NCBI RefSeq assembly: GCF_036507355.1
Contig: NZ_AP027877.1
Length of the DNA: 64,000 bases
From: Escherichia coli
Lineage (GTDB): Bacteria > Pseudomonadota > Gammaproteobacteria > Enterobacterales > Enterobacteriaceae
Strand: one strand, 5' to 3'
Shown: positions 18,523 through 32,785 of the stretch, one piece after another
Layout: each line of letters opens with the position of its first letter
Numbering within the stretch: position 1 is the stretch's first letter
The notes under the pieces: generated by a model
The model's input: only the letters and a program-made list of their open reading frames with translations
The model's database searches: none
What the model was told of the DNA's origin: nothing
Program-made: the position numbers and the translations under genes

Positions 18523-19704
18523 ATGATTTATCAGTGTGATACTTGCAGTAGAACGACTTTTGAGGTTAATTGTCCCTGGTGTAGTGGAGTTTCGCCTGTA
18601 AAAACGTCTGCATGGGGTTCAGCATCATCGACCGCACAAGCAATAGGCATACAACGTATGACACCATTGAATCCATCGTTTTATCCCGAATTTCAGTATC
18701 GTTCAAAGGGTGTTCTAAAAGATCTATTTGGGAAAAAGAAAGAGCAAACTCAGCTTAATCAATTGCTTGAAAATGTTCTCAAAAAATACTCCAGTTTAAA
18801 AGATCCATATTTTACTAACTTCATTTACACTTCCAGATTCTCACATAATAATAAATCGGAAGCAGATTACTCAACAGATAATGGTACATACTCCGAATTA
18901 CAACTTTTCCGTGAGGTGTTGGTCAGAAAAGGGTTCAATGAGCTTGAGCAGTTACCTGAGCTATTAGATAAATTACTCCTTACCACGTCATTTAACGCTC
19001 TTTATTATGGTTTCGCTAAGGAAGTTAAACGGCATATTAAATCCACACTTACTGAATCCTTGAAGTCATGGATTGAGGAAGCGGGTACCACTTTTAGGGC
19101 AGATCTTTCATTGTTTCTATTCTATATATGGAGCAATAAAATAGAGTTCTCATCAGTAGAGTTCAATGAAAAAGCGGAGGCTACGCCTGGTGTTCCTTTA
19201 GTTTCATTTGATGAAGTTAAAAAATACTTAGCTGTGTGCGAACATATTTATTTTGATATTCTGGTTGATAGATTAGCTACACGGCTCGAACATTTTAACC
19301 CTAACAAATTCGTCACCATGTATTTAGTTGATGCAATGGACGGTTTCCAGTTTGAAGATTTCCTTGTGGAAGTATTCCAGACTATGGGCTATGACGTCAA
19401 AGAAACCAAGAGAACGCAAGATCAGGGGGCAGATCTCTTCGTCACTCGATTTGGTAAGGATATGGTTATTCAGGCGAAAAATTATTCTGGTTCTGTAGGT
19501 AACTCGGCGGTGCAGCAGGTGATCTCTGCTAAAACATTCTATGGTTGTGATGAGGCGATGGTTGTGACTAATTCCTACTTCACACGCTCTGCCAAAGAAT
19601 TAGCTGAATCAGCCTTGGTACGTTTGATCGACAGGGATGAACTGCAAAAGTATCTGGATGATTACAATCAGAAGATAATTGAAGATTTCCAGTCAAACTC
19701 GTAA
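18523..19704 (+). CDS. Restriction endonuclease-like protein: N-terminal Cys4 zinc-ribbon plus C-terminal Mrr catalytic domain
   Basis: N-terminus CDTCSRTTFEVNCPWC; C-terminus GADLFVT...VIQAKNYSGSV...VVTNSYFTRSAKELA...LIDRDEL, colinear with the E. coli Mrr catalytic region as I recall it (D...Q-x-K). Confidence 0.75.
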   Translation: MIYQCDTCSRTTFEVNCPWCSGVSPVKTSAWGSASSTAQAIGIQRMTPLNPSFYPEFQYRSKGVLKDLFGKKKEQTQLNQLLENVLKKYSSLKDPYFTNFIYTSRFSHNNKSEADYSTDNGTYSELQLFREVLVRKGFNELEQLPELLDKLLLTTSFNALYYGFAKEVKRHIKSTLTESLKSWIEEAGTTFRADLSLFLFYIWSNKIEFSSVEFNEKAEATPGVPLVSFDEVKKYLAVCEHIYFDILVDRLATRLEHFNPNKFVTMYLVDAMDGFQFEDFLVEVFQTMGYDVKETKRTQDQGADLFVTRFGKDMVIQAKNYSGSVGNSAVQQVISAKTFYGCDEAMVVTNSYFTRSAKELAESALVRLIDRDELQKYLDDYNQKIIEDFQSNS

Positions 19705-19889
19705 CTTTGCAGTCATATAGATATAGCAAAGGACAGGTAGGCCTCCGTGAGAGGGGGACTTACCTGTGCAGATTCTGTGCTCAAAGTTATCCAAGTCTAT
19801 CTATTTACTGCCAATTACAGTAAAATGAGTAAGCAATTACAGCAAAGTTTCGCAATGCACTGCTATGTAACTCATTGATCCTGCGTAGA

Positions 19890-19945
19890 ATTTAAAATCC
19901 CTCGGCGTTCGCGCTGTGCGGGTTCAAGTCCCGCTCCGGGTACCA
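19890..19945 (+). repeat. 3'-terminal 56 nt of tRNA-Leu (leuZ-type; anticodon loop to CCA), the att-site remnant at the right boundary of the element
   Basis: ATTTAAAATCCCTCGGCGTTCGCGCTGTGCGGGTTCAAGTCCCGCTCCGGGTACCA matches the 3' part of tRNA-Leu(UAA) as I recall it; the 5' acceptor and D-arm are absent upstream, so this is not a complete tRNA gene. Confidence 0.8.
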
Positions 19946-19988
19946 TGGGAAAGATAAGAATAAAATCAAAGCAATAAGCAGTGTCGTG

Positions 19989-20013
19989 AAACCACCTTCG
20001 GGTGGTTTTTTTG
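19989..20013 (+). terminator. Rho-independent terminator (aaccacc ttcg ggtggtt + T-run) downstream of the tRNA remnant
   Basis: Perfect 7-bp stem, 4-nt loop, run of 7 T. Confidence 0.65.
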
Positions 20014-20140
20014 TGCCTGCAACTTGTCGTTACACCCTCCTTAATTTTTAATCACCGGCAAAGCCACTCAAAAAGTATCTCTGATACGGACCGGCATGTA
20101 AGATAGGTGTTGGCGAGTTGAGATCCACAAGGAAAAGCGT

Positions 20141-20806
20141 ATGAAAACGGGACCGTTAAACGAAAGTGAGTTGGAATGGCTGGACGATATTCTGACCAAA
20201 TACAACACTGACCACGCCATCCTTGATGTGGCGGAGCTGGACGGTTTATTGACGGCGGTGTTGAGTTCTCCGCAAGAGATTGAACCGGCACAGTGGCTGG
20301 TTGCCGTGTGGGGTGGGGCTGACTATGTGCCGCGCTGGGCGTCAGAGAAAGAGATGACGCGCTTTATGAACCTGGCTTTTCAACATATGGCCGATACCGC
20401 AGAGCGTCTGAACGAATTCCCGGAGCAGTTTGAGCCGTTATTCGGCTTGCGAGAAGTTGATGGCAGCGAGCTGACGATTGTTGAGGAGTGGTGCTTTGGC
20501 TATATGCGGGGCGTGGCACTTTCTGACTGGTCAACATTGCCCGATTCGTTAAAACCAGCGCTGGAGGCGATAGCGCTGCACGGTACTGAGGAAAACTTCG
20601 AGCGGGTAGAGAAGATGTCGCCAGAAGCGTTTGAAGAGAGCGTAGATGCCATTCGACTGGCGGCGCTTGATCTACATGCGTACTGGATGGCGCATCCGCA
20701 GGAAAAAGCTGTTCAGCAACCGATCATAGCAGAAGAGAAACCGGGGCGTAACGATCCTTGCCCGTGCGGTAGTGGTAAGAAATTTAAGCAGTGCTGCCTG
20801 CATTAA
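20141..20806 (+). CDS. yecA: UPF0149-family protein YecA with SEC-C motif (chromosomal copy)
   Basis: 221 aa; ends [20 protein letters not shown]; position between tRNA-Leu and tyrP as in K-12. Confidence 0.9.
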   Translation: MKTGPLNESELEWLDDILTKYNTDHAILDVAELDGLLTAVLSSPQEIEPAQWLVAVWGGADYVPRWASEKEMTRFMNLAFQHMADTAERLNEFPEQFEPLFGLREVDGSELTIVEEWCFGYMRGVALSDWSTLPDSLKPALEAIALHGTEENFERVEKMSPEAFEESVDAIRLAALDLHAYWMAHPQEKAVQQPIIAEEKPGRNDPCPCGSGKKFKQCCLH

Positions 20807-20867
20807 GAAGTCAAATTGGGTGTCAGCGTTAATTCTGGCACCCAATAAGGAATTTGAGGCTATCTAA

Positions 20868-22079
20868 TCACCCCACTTCTGGTAACAACCCTGCCGCAAT
20901 CAAAAATTGCACGCCAATCACAGCAATACCACAGAGAAACACCACCACCAGCGCCGGACGACCACCTTTGACCCGGTAACCCGCTTGAGGATTGTGCTTT
21001 CTGCTTTGCCAGGTCAACAGCGAAGGGATAATCAATGCCAGTACCGCCAGCGCCACACCGGCGTAACCCAGCGCCATCACAAATCCTCGTGGATAAAACA
21101 GTGCAAACGCCAACGGCGGCAGAAAGGTAATTGCACCAGTTTGCAATCTTCCACCAACGGTATTTGAACGCTGAAACAAATCAGCCAGATAATCAAATAA
21201 GCCTAACGCAACGCCGAGAAATGACGTGGCGAGGGCTAAATCAGCAAATAAATGCACTGCCAGCTCAACATGCGGAGAGGCCACCATTTCGCGTAACGCC
21301 TGTAACAGCCCGTTTAATCCGGCATGATTAGCCAGCAATCCCATAAAGGTTGTTGAATCAATGCTGCCAAGCGTCGCCACCTGCCAGAAAATATATGCCA
21401 CCAGGGGGATCGCACTACCGGTTATAAACACCCAGCGTAGCTTACGAATGTTGCCATCCATATAGCTGACAATACTCGGCACGCTACCGTGAAAACCAAA
21501 CGACGTAAAAATCACCGGGATTGCAGACAGTGCCAGCCCCTGTTGCAACGGCAGGGTTAAAAGATTCACTTTGTGAATATGCGGTAGCAGCAATACCAGC
21601 ATCACCACCAGAAAAATAATTTTGGCGCTGAACAGAAAACGGTTAAATAAATCGACCAGCGATGTTCCAACACAAACCACGCCACCGGCAACAAAAGTGA
21701 ACAACAGCACGCCAGCGGTTGCCGACATTGAAATACCTGTCCAGTCGCTGATGCTGGAGGCCAACAATTCACCGGCACCGCTGATGTATGCCGCAGTCAG
21801 AGCATACATTAAGAACATCATACTGAAGCCCGTCAGCCATTGACCGTAGCGTCCCAGATAGCGTTTTGCCAGCGTGCCCAGACCGGTATCTGCCGGAACA
21901 TGCTGGTACACCTCCAGCAGTAATAGCGCCGTGTAGCACATCAACGCCCAAAGCCCAATCAACAAGATTAACGTAACGCTAAAACCAACACCGGCCGCAG
22001 CCAGCGGCATTGCCAGCATGCCTGCGCCAATTGTGGTTCCCGCCACGATAAAAACACTTCCCAGGGTTCTGTTTTTCAC
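20868..22079 (-). CDS. tyrP: Tyrosine-specific transport protein
   Basis: 403-aa polytopic membrane protein; sequence and synteny match TyrP. Confidence 0.9.
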   Translation of the reverse strand: MKNRTLGSVFIVAGTTIGAGMLAMPLAAAGVGFSVTLILLIGLWALMCYTALLLLEVYQHVPADTGLGTLAKRYLGRYGQWLTGFSMMFLMYALTAAYISGAGELLASSISDWTGISMSATAGVLLFTFVAGGVVCVGTSLVDLFNRFLFSAKIIFLVVMLVLLLPHIHKVNLLTLPLQQGLALSAIPVIFTSFGFHGSVPSIVSYMDGNIRKLRWVFITGSAIPLVAYIFWQVATLGSIDSTTFMGLLANHAGLNGLLQALREMVASPHVELAVHLFADLALATSFLGVALGLFDYLADLFQRSNTVGGRLQTGAITFLPPLAFALFYPRGFVMALGYAGVALAVLALIIPSLLTWQSRKHNPQAGYRVKGGRPALVVVFLCGIAVIGVQFLIAAGLLPEVG

Positions 22080-22269
22080 GCTTTCTTCTGTCCTGACGAT
22101 CTTTATGAGTGATATCTGCGGCGCAGGTTAAGGCATAACGGCTGCTTCGTCAAACCGACGTTACATATGGTGTAAATATAAATGTACAATAAAAAGCATT
22201 CAGTCCTGCGCTGGCGCAAAGTCTTCATAAGCGGCAATCGCTACGCTAGGCTTTTTTTGAGGAGGAACG

Positions 22270-22509
22270 ATGGACTCTATTCACGGTCATGAAGTGTTAA
22301 ATATGATGATTGAATCAGGCGAGCAATATACGCATGCCAGTCTGGAAGCTGCGATTAAAGCGCGTTTTGGTGAACAGGCACGTTTTCACACCTGCTCGGC
22401 AGAAGGGATGACAGCGGGAGAGCTGGTAGCGTTTCTGGCAGCAAAAGGCAAATTTATACCTTCAGAAGACGGTTTTTCGACCGATCAGAGTAAGATTTGC
22501 CGTCACTGA
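22270..22509 (+). CDS. yecH: DUF2492-family small protein YecH
   Basis: 79 aa; position between tyrP and ftnA. Confidence 0.8.
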   Translation: MDSIHGHEVLNMMIESGEQYTHASLEAAIKARFGEQARFHTCSAEGMTAGELVAFLAAKGKFIPSEDGFSTDQSKICRH

Positions 22510-22545
22510 TTTGAAACGGCGGCAGAAACCTGCCGCCGGAGAGCA

Positions 22546-23043
22546 TTAGTTTTGTGTGTCGAGGGTAGAGAGTTCTTTGTCGATAAAATACAGACCTTCG
22601 CCGCTTTTGCCTGCCAGGCTTAATTTATCAATAATCGATTTGAACAGTTTCTCTTCTTCATGCTGCTCAGAAACATACCACTGCAGGAAATTAAATGTTG
22701 GGTAGTCCTGATTGGTCATTGCAGCATGAGCCAGTTCGTTAATTTTCTGGGTGATTAATTGTTCGTGTTTATAGGTTTCCTGGAATAATTCATCAAGTGA
22801 GGAATATTCAGCAAACGGAGATTCAACGGTATTAATACGCGGTAAATTGCCGGTATCAGTCAGGTAATCAAACAGACGCTGCATATGCGTCATCTCTTCC
22901 TGGGCGTGACGGCGCAGGAACGCGGCAGCACCTTCGAAGGTATGATAGCTGCACCAGGCGCTCATTTGCTGATAAAGCAGTGAAGAGTACAGTTCCAGGT
23001 TCATCTGCTCATTAAGTTTTTCAATCATTTCTGGTTTCAGCAT
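22546..23043 (-). CDS. ftnA: Ferritin A
   Basis: Start taken at [13 protein letters not shown] (ATG 23043); ferritin-like diiron residues present. Confidence 0.9.
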
Positions 23044-23213
23044 GATAGTGCTCCACAAAGGTTATATTTGTTGCTGTGGCGTCACTATAATTTGTTATTT
23101 TATTATTTGCAAAAGGTAAAATATAAACTTCAATTATTAAAAATACGAATGGGAATAAAACGCATTACCGCTATTTCTTTAATCAGCGAAGATCCCCTCG
23201 CTGATTAAAATAT

Positions 23214-23537
23214 TTAGAGAAAGACAGGGAAGGCGGAATGATGGCACTGATATGACAAAGTGAATTCCGTATTCAAACATAAGGAACCCGCAAAAAGGCT
23301 ACAGTTGCCTACTGGCTGACCAAAGGGGATCGCGTGGGTATAGCCTTCCTGTTGGCATGCGCGATCGGCGATCCCGCGACTGACATAACGATCGGTATGG
23401 GCATGCTGCAAAAAAGCCTGGTCATAAACCAACCGTACAATACCTGTTGCCGCGTCAACTTCGCTCACATGGGCCTGGCGAGTAACCGTACACCCCGCCA
23501 GCGTTATTAATGAAAGAGTCAGAATCAGAAGTCTCAT
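23214..23537 (-). CDS. yecR: Lipoprotein YecR
   Basis: 107 aa; signal peptide with lipobox LAGC. Confidence 0.75.
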   Translation of the reverse strand: MRLLILTLSLITLAGCTVTRQAHVSEVDAATGIVRLVYDQAFLQHAHTDRYVSRGIADRACQQEGYTHAIPFGQPVGNCSLFAGSLCLNTEFTLSYQCHHSAFPVFL

Positions 23538-23799
23538 GGTCCAGCCAGAAGAGTAAGAGAAAGCACTATTTTACGCGTTACAGCGCTGCGACAATGGCCG
23601 GAAAAGACGCCTGGCAGGCGCTATTTCTTGCCATCTGTAGGTGTCAGAAATAGGGGGGCTGTTTTTTGATTATCATTTTTATAACATTAAAGGGGTATTT
23701 ATGTGATTTGTATCACATAAAGATTGATTTTTGTGATGGTTGTCATATTATAAGCGCAAAGACAATAACACCTGTATAACAAATGGTCGGAGTGCCGCG

Positions 23800-23886
23800 A
23801 TGAAACTGCGCAAAATCCTGAAAAGTATGTTCAATAACTATTGCAAGACGTTCAAAGACGTACCGCCAGGCAATATGTTCCGATAA
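23800..23886 (+). CDS. azuC: Small protein AzuC, 28 aa
   Basis: ORF MKLRKILKSMFNNYCKTFKDVPPGNMFR followed by a terminator; below the ORF-track length cutoff. Confidence 0.6.
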   Translation: MKLRKILKSMFNNYCKTFKDVPPGNMFR

Positions 23887-23916
23887 CAAAAAACCTGCTC
23901 CGGCAGGTTTTTTTGT
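23887..23916 (+). terminator. Rho-independent terminator after azuC (aacctgctccggcaggtt + T-run)
   Basis: Stem-loop plus T-run. Confidence 0.6.
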
Positions 23917-24000
23917 GTCCTGATGACGGTGGATGTGACTATCGCTGAAGATGTGAAGCCGCTACTATAACGGCTTTCAAAATGCTATCAGGAGTTTACG

Positions 24001-24252
24001 ATGTCCCAGCCGCTGAATGCCGATCAGGAACTGGTTTCTGATGTGGTTGCTTGCCAGTTGGTTATCAAACAAATTCTGGATGTTCTCGATGTAATCGCGC
24101 CCGTTGAAGTTCGCGAAAAAATGTCCAGCCAGCTGAAGAATATCGACTTTACTAACCATCCCGCCGCCGCAGACCCGGTCACCATGCGGGCAATCCAAAA
24201 AGCCATCGCGCTGATTGAACTCAAGTTTACCCCACAGGGCGAATCCCATTAA
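24001..24252 (+). CDS. yecJ: DUF2766-family protein YecJ
   Basis: 83 aa; synteny. Confidence 0.75.
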
Positions 24253-24330
24253 AAAACCGCTGCTTCAAAAAGATGAGGCAGCGGTTTCTCAAAAACTTCA
24301 TCGGCGCAATGCATTAGCGCCGATGTATGA

Positions 24331-24834
24331 TCAATGCAGCTGGTGTGACACGACATTCAGAACATGTTGGTCGGTCTGCACTGGGCACATACCAGCAAGT
24401 TTCGCACTGCGCACTTCATCAAGAATGGTTTGCAGCAACAGGCCATCATGCTGCTGTTCTTTTTCCAGATCGCGCAGGAAATTGACGGTTGAATCATCAT
24501 TCAGTTCTTTCGCTTCATCGGCTAACTGCGCCAGCGTGCTTGAACGTTGCTCGTATTCTTCCATCGTTTTTTGGAACAGTTCTTCCAGAGAGTTCAGTTT
24601 TTCACCGGGAACATCAATGGCTTTAACGATGGGGGTAGCGCCGACACTCTTCATAAAGTTAAACATGCGCATCATTTGGGTCACATTACTCTGTGCCTGG
24701 GCGCGAAGGAAAGTGGCGGTGCCGTTCAGACTCTGTTCAGAACACCAGTTACTCAGGTGAAGGTAGAGATTGGATGCGTAAAACTCGCGGTTCATTTGAG
24801 AGTTGAGTTTGAGAAGCATTCCAGCGGTTGCCAT
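24331..24834 (-). CDS. ftnB: Ferritin-like protein FtnB
   Basis: 167 aa; ferritin fold; synteny. Confidence 0.85.
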   Translation of the reverse strand: MATAGMLLKLNSQMNREFYASNLYLHLSNWCSEQSLNGTATFLRAQAQSNVTQMMRMFNFMKSVGATPIVKAIDVPGEKLNSLEELFQKTMEEYEQRSSTLAQLADEAKELNDDSTVNFLRDLEKEQQHDGLLLQTILDEVRSAKLAGMCPVQTDQHVLNVVSHQLH

Positions 24835-25630
24835 ACCTAATATCCTTATATCCAGAAGTGGAGAGGTGCAAGATAAATCAAAACACCATAATTACTGTTT
24901 GCAGAATAATTCCTTTCTGCCGGTCCGAAATGTGATCGTGGAGTCAATTCTGACGATGCTCTGAAATAAGAATAACGTCTGAACGGGTATAAGAAAATGC
25001 TTAAATCATCAAGTTTATATATTTTTACATTTCATTGATGAAATCAATGTAACTGCAATGAATTTTAATGATAGTGCTTTTTGTATCTTGTTGATATTAA
25101 TCGATGAATTTGAATTCATGATGAAGTGATGATTTTATAAAACGTTTTTTCATTTTTGCGAGATGGCTCTCATTATACGTGTTCTGTTAATTAATGAGCA
25201 CAGTGATAATTAATGGCGAAATGAATGACGCGCATTTTCCACATCTTTGAGTTGTGGTTATTACACCATTTCAAAAACTCAACGCCAGGTAATGCGGCCT
25301 ATTGACTGGTTAAAAAGAAGACATCCCGCATGGGTACCAAAGACAACAAGGATTTCCAGGCTAATCTTATGGATTAATCTGCTGTGCATTCGACAATTTG
25401 TCTGACAAATTGGCTTTCCCTTATGTCTTTTCCCGCTAAATTTATGCACGTTCTCACTGTAATTCTGCGATGTGATATTGCTCTCCTATGGAGAATTAAT
25501 TTCTCGCTAAAACTATGTCAACACAGTCACTTATCTTTTAGTTAAAAGGTAATGCTTTGTTTTCCGATTAATTTAACGAATGTCATTCGTTTTTGCCCTA
25601 CACAAAACGACACTAAAGCTGGAGAGAACC

Positions 25631-26620
25631 ATGCACAAATTTACTAAAGCCCTGGCAGCCATTGGTCTGGCAGCCGTTATGTCACAATCCGCTATGGCGG
25701 AGAACCTGAAGCTCGGCTTTCTGGTGAAGCAACCGGAAGAGCCGTGGTTCCAGACCGAATGGAAGTTTGCCGATAAAGCCGGGAAGGATTTAGGATTTGA
25801 GGTTATTAAGATTGCCGTGCCGGATGGCGAAAAAACATTGAACGCGATCGACAGCCTGGCCGCCAGTGGCGCAAAAGGTTTCGTTATTTGTACTCCGGAC
25901 CCGAAACTCGGCTCTGCCATCGTGGCGAAAGCGCGTGGCTACGATATGAAAGTCATTGCCGTGGATGACCAGTTTGTTAACGCCAAAGGTAAGCCAATGG
26001 ATACCGTTCCTCTGGTGATGATGGCGGCGACCAAAATTGGCGAACGTCAGGGCCAGGAACTGTATAAAGAGATGCAGAAACGTGGCTGGGATGTCAAAGA
26101 AAGCGCGGTGATGGCGATTACCTCCAACGAACTGGATACGGCTCGTCGCCGTACTACGGGTTCTATGGATGCGCTGAAAGCTGCAGGATTCCCGGAAAAA
26201 CAAATTTATCAGGTACCTACCAAATCTAACGACATCCCCGGGGCATTTGACGCTGCCAACTCAATGCTGGTTCAACATCCGGAAGTTAAACATTGGCTGA
26301 TCGTCGGTATGAACGACAGCACCGTGCTGGGCGGCGTACGCGCGACGGAAGGTCAGGGCTTTAAAGCGGCCGATATCATCGGTATCGGTATTAACGGTGT
26401 GGATGCGGTGAGCGAACTGTCTAAGGCACAGGCAACCGGCTTCTACGGTTCCCTGTTGCCAAGCCCGGACGTACATGGTTATAAGTCCAGCGAAATGCTT
26501 TACAACTGGGTAGCAAAAGGTGTTGAACCGACCAAATTCACCGAAGTTACCGACGTGGTGCTGATCACGCGTGACAACTTTAAAGAAGAACTGGAGAAAA
26601 AAGGTTTAGGCGGTAAGTAA
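25631..26620 (+). CDS. araF: L-arabinose ABC transporter periplasmic binding protein
   Basis: Start at MHKFTKALAA with SD ggagag; signal peptide; synteny. Confidence 0.9.
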   Translation: MHKFTKALAAIGLAAVMSQSAMAENLKLGFLVKQPEEPWFQTEWKFADKAGKDLGFEVIKIAVPDGEKTLNAIDSLAASGAKGFVICTPDPKLGSAIVAKARGYDMKVIAVDDQFVNAKGKPMDTVPLVMMAATKIGERQGQELYKEMQKRGWDVKESAVMAITSNELDTARRRTTGSMDALKAAGFPEKQIYQVPTKSNDIPGAFDAANSMLVQHPEVKHWLIVGMNDSTVLGGVRATEGQGFKAADIIGIGINGVDAVSELSKAQATGFYGSLLPSPDVHGYKSSEMLYNWVAKGVEPTKFTEVTDVVLITRDNFKEELEKKGLGGK

Positions 26621-26689
26621 TTTGCCGGAAAAATTCCCCTCTGCATGATGCAGAGGGGGTGTGAACGACCAGTGATTCACGGAGACGTT

Positions 26690-28204
26690 ATGCAACAGTC
26701 TACCCCGTATCTCTCATTTCGCGGCATCGGTAAAACGTTTCCCGGCGTTAAGGCGCTGACGGATATTAGTTTTGACTGCTATGCCGGTCAGGTTCATGCG
26801 TTGATGGGTGAAAATGGCGCAGGAAAATCAACTCTCTTAAAAATCCTCAGCGGCAACTATGCGCCAACCACGGGTTCTGTAGTGATTAATGGGCAGGAAA
26901 TGTCCTTTTCCGACACGACCGCAGCACTTAACGCGGGTGTGGCGATTATTTACCAGGAACTGCATCTCGTGCCGGAAATGACCGTCGCGGAAAACATCTA
27001 TCTCGGCCAGCTGCCGCATAAAGGCGGCATTGTGAATCGCTCATTGCTGAATTATGAGGCGGGTTTACAACTTAAACATCTTGGTATGGATATTGACCCG
27101 GACACGCCGCTGAAATATCTCTCCATTGGTCAGTGGCAGATGGTTGAAATCGCCAAGGCGCTGGCGCGTAACGCTAAAATTATCGCCTTTGATGAGCCAA
27201 CCAGCTCCCTTTCTGCCCGCGAAATCGACAATCTTTTCCGCGTTATTCGTGAACTGCGAAAAGAGGGGCGGGTGATCTTATACGTTTCTCACCGTATGGA
27301 AGAAATATTTGCCCTCAGCGATGCCATCACTGTCTTTAAAGATGGACGTTATGTCAAAACCTTTACCGATATGCAGCAGGTTGACCACGACGCGCTGGTG
27401 CAGGCGATGGTCGGGCGCGACATTGGCGATATCTACGGCTGGCAACCGCGTAGTTATGGCGAGGAGCGCCTGCGTCTTGATGCTGTGAAAGCACCAGGCG
27501 TGCGTACGCCAATAAGTCTGGCGGTTCGCAGTGGTGAAATTGTTGGGCTGTTTGGTCTGGTAGGGGCGGGGCGTAGCGAATTAATGAAAGGCATGTTTGG
27601 CGGGACGCAAATCACCGCCGGTCAGGTTTATATCGACCAACAGCCGATCGATATTCGTAAACCGAGCCACGCCATTGCCGCAGGCATGATGCTCTGCCCG
27701 GAAGATCGCAAAGCGGAAGGCATTATTCCCGTGCACTCCGTTCGCGACAATATCAACATCAGTGCCAGACGTAAACATGTGCTCGGCGGTTGTGTAATCA
27801 ACAACGGTTGGGAAGAAAACAATGCCGATCACCACATTCGTTCGCTCAACATCAAAACGCCGGGCGCGGAGCAACTGATCATGAATCTCTCAGGCGGAAA
27901 TCAGCAAAAAGCCATTCTGGGCCGCTGGTTATCGGAAGAGATGAAGGTCATTTTGCTGGATGAACCTACGCGCGGCATTGATGTTGGCGCTAAGCACGAA
28001 ATATATAACGTAATTTATGCGCTGGCGGCGCAGGGTGTGGCGGTGCTGTTTGCCTCCAGCGACTTACCTGAAGTCCTCGGCGTTGCCGACCGGATTGTGG
28101 TGATGCGGGAAGGTGAAATCGCCGGTGAATTGTTACACGAGCAGGCAGATGAGCGTCAGGCACTGAGCCTTGCGATGCCTAAAGTCAGCCAGGCAGTTGC
28201 CTGA
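26690..28204 (+). CDS. araG: L-arabinose ABC transporter ATP-binding protein (two ABC domains)
   Basis: Start at [10 protein letters not shown]; Walker [10 protein letters not shown]. Confidence 0.9.
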
Positions 28205-28215
28205 GTAAGGAGAGT

Positions 28216-31571
<3,356 letters not shown>

Positions 31572-31577
31572 GAGCGG

Positions 31578-32006
31578 TTAATCTCCCGTAAGTGGAACTA
31601 ACAGCACATCGACCTCACTTGAGGCAATCACTCTTTTCGCCGAGCAGGATGCTCGCGAAAAGAAACTGTGATTGTGATTACCGCAAATCACCAAATCGAA
31701 ATGATATTTGCGACAAACTTCCAGAATATGTTCGCTTAACTCACCGTAGGCAATAAACGTCTTGTCAACGGGATACCCCGCATCCTGAATTAACTTATCA
31801 AGAAAGCTTTGCGTTTCTTCCTGCATCACGCTGCGTAAATCTTCAAGCATCGGCGCAGCTAATTGATTGTACATTTCCGGGTCGGAAGCGAGAGTAATTA
31901 AACTGATGTGTCCCTTTACTGGCCTGGCGATAGATACCGCTTTTGCCAGCAGTTGCTGACTTTCCGGTGTAACCGCAACAGCGACAAGAATATTGCTATA
32001 GCTCAT
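31578..32006 (-). CDS. uspC: Universal stress protein C
   Basis: 142 aa Usp-fold protein; synteny. Confidence 0.85.
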   Translation of the reverse strand: MSYSNILVAVAVTPESQQLLAKAVSIARPVKGHISLITLASDPEMYNQLAAPMLEDLRSVMQEETQSFLDKLIQDAGYPVDKTFIAYGELSEHILEVCRKYHFDLVICGNHNHSFFSRASCSAKRVIASSEVDVLLVPLTGD

Positions 32007-32785
32007 AACCTGTTCCTTATTCTGTGAACTTCAGGTGACATTAAAGCTTTACTCCTAATGGAGAAACGACGCAATCCCAACTCAGTCAAACAGGTAAATA
32101 TTAGTCTGATTATTAGTAAAGACAATTAATCAATCACTCTCGGTGATCATATGATTTCAACTGTAATTATAAGAAAAAAATGTACTGATTCCCCGCATTA
32201 AACAAGTGGTTAATATATGCAAAACATTTTATTAACATTAAGTTGATTGTTGCCTTTCTTTGTATTTAATTAGTTTGTTGTGCGGTAAGTGTCTGTTTAA
32301 AAATAGCTTATCTGGTATTGCATGAAAGTGATTATTTATAGCAGATGATTATTTACGGTGAGTTATTTTAACTGTGCGCAACATCCCATTTCGATTATTC
32401 CTGTTTCATTTTTGCTTGCTAGCGTAGCGAAAAACTTTTTAACAGATTGAAATACACACAAAACAAAAGTATGACTTATACATTTATGTTAAGTAATTGA
32501 GTGTTTTGTGTGATCTGCATCACGCATTATTGAAAATCGCAGCCCCCCTCCGTTGTATGTGCGTGTAGTGACGAGTACAGTTGCGTCGATTTAGGAAAAA
32601 TCTTAGATAAGTGTAAAGACCCCCTTCTATTTGTAAGGACTTATTAAACCAAAAAGGTGGCTCTGCTTATTGCAGCTTATCGCAACTATTCTAATGCTAA
32701 TTATTTTTTACCGGGGCTTCCCGGCGACATCACGGGGTGCGGTGAAACCGCATAAAAATAAAGTTGGTTATTCTGGGTGGGAATA

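Larger units (their letters stand above)
1..19945. mobile_element. Pipolin-like integrative element, right-hand portion; left end lies outside the window. Inserted at tRNA-Leu next to yecA.
   Basis: Integrase, Xis-like gene and piPolB-type polymerase on the minus strand; defense cargo on the plus strand; 56-nt tRNA-Leu 3' repeat at 19890-19945; visibly AT-rich cargo compared with flanking core genes (not computed). Confidence 0.7.

Noticed and set aside
19890-19945. Calling this segment a functional tRNA-Leu gene
   Set aside because: Only the 3' 56 nt are present; the 5' acceptor and D-arm are missing, so it is an att-site remnant and not a complete tRNA.
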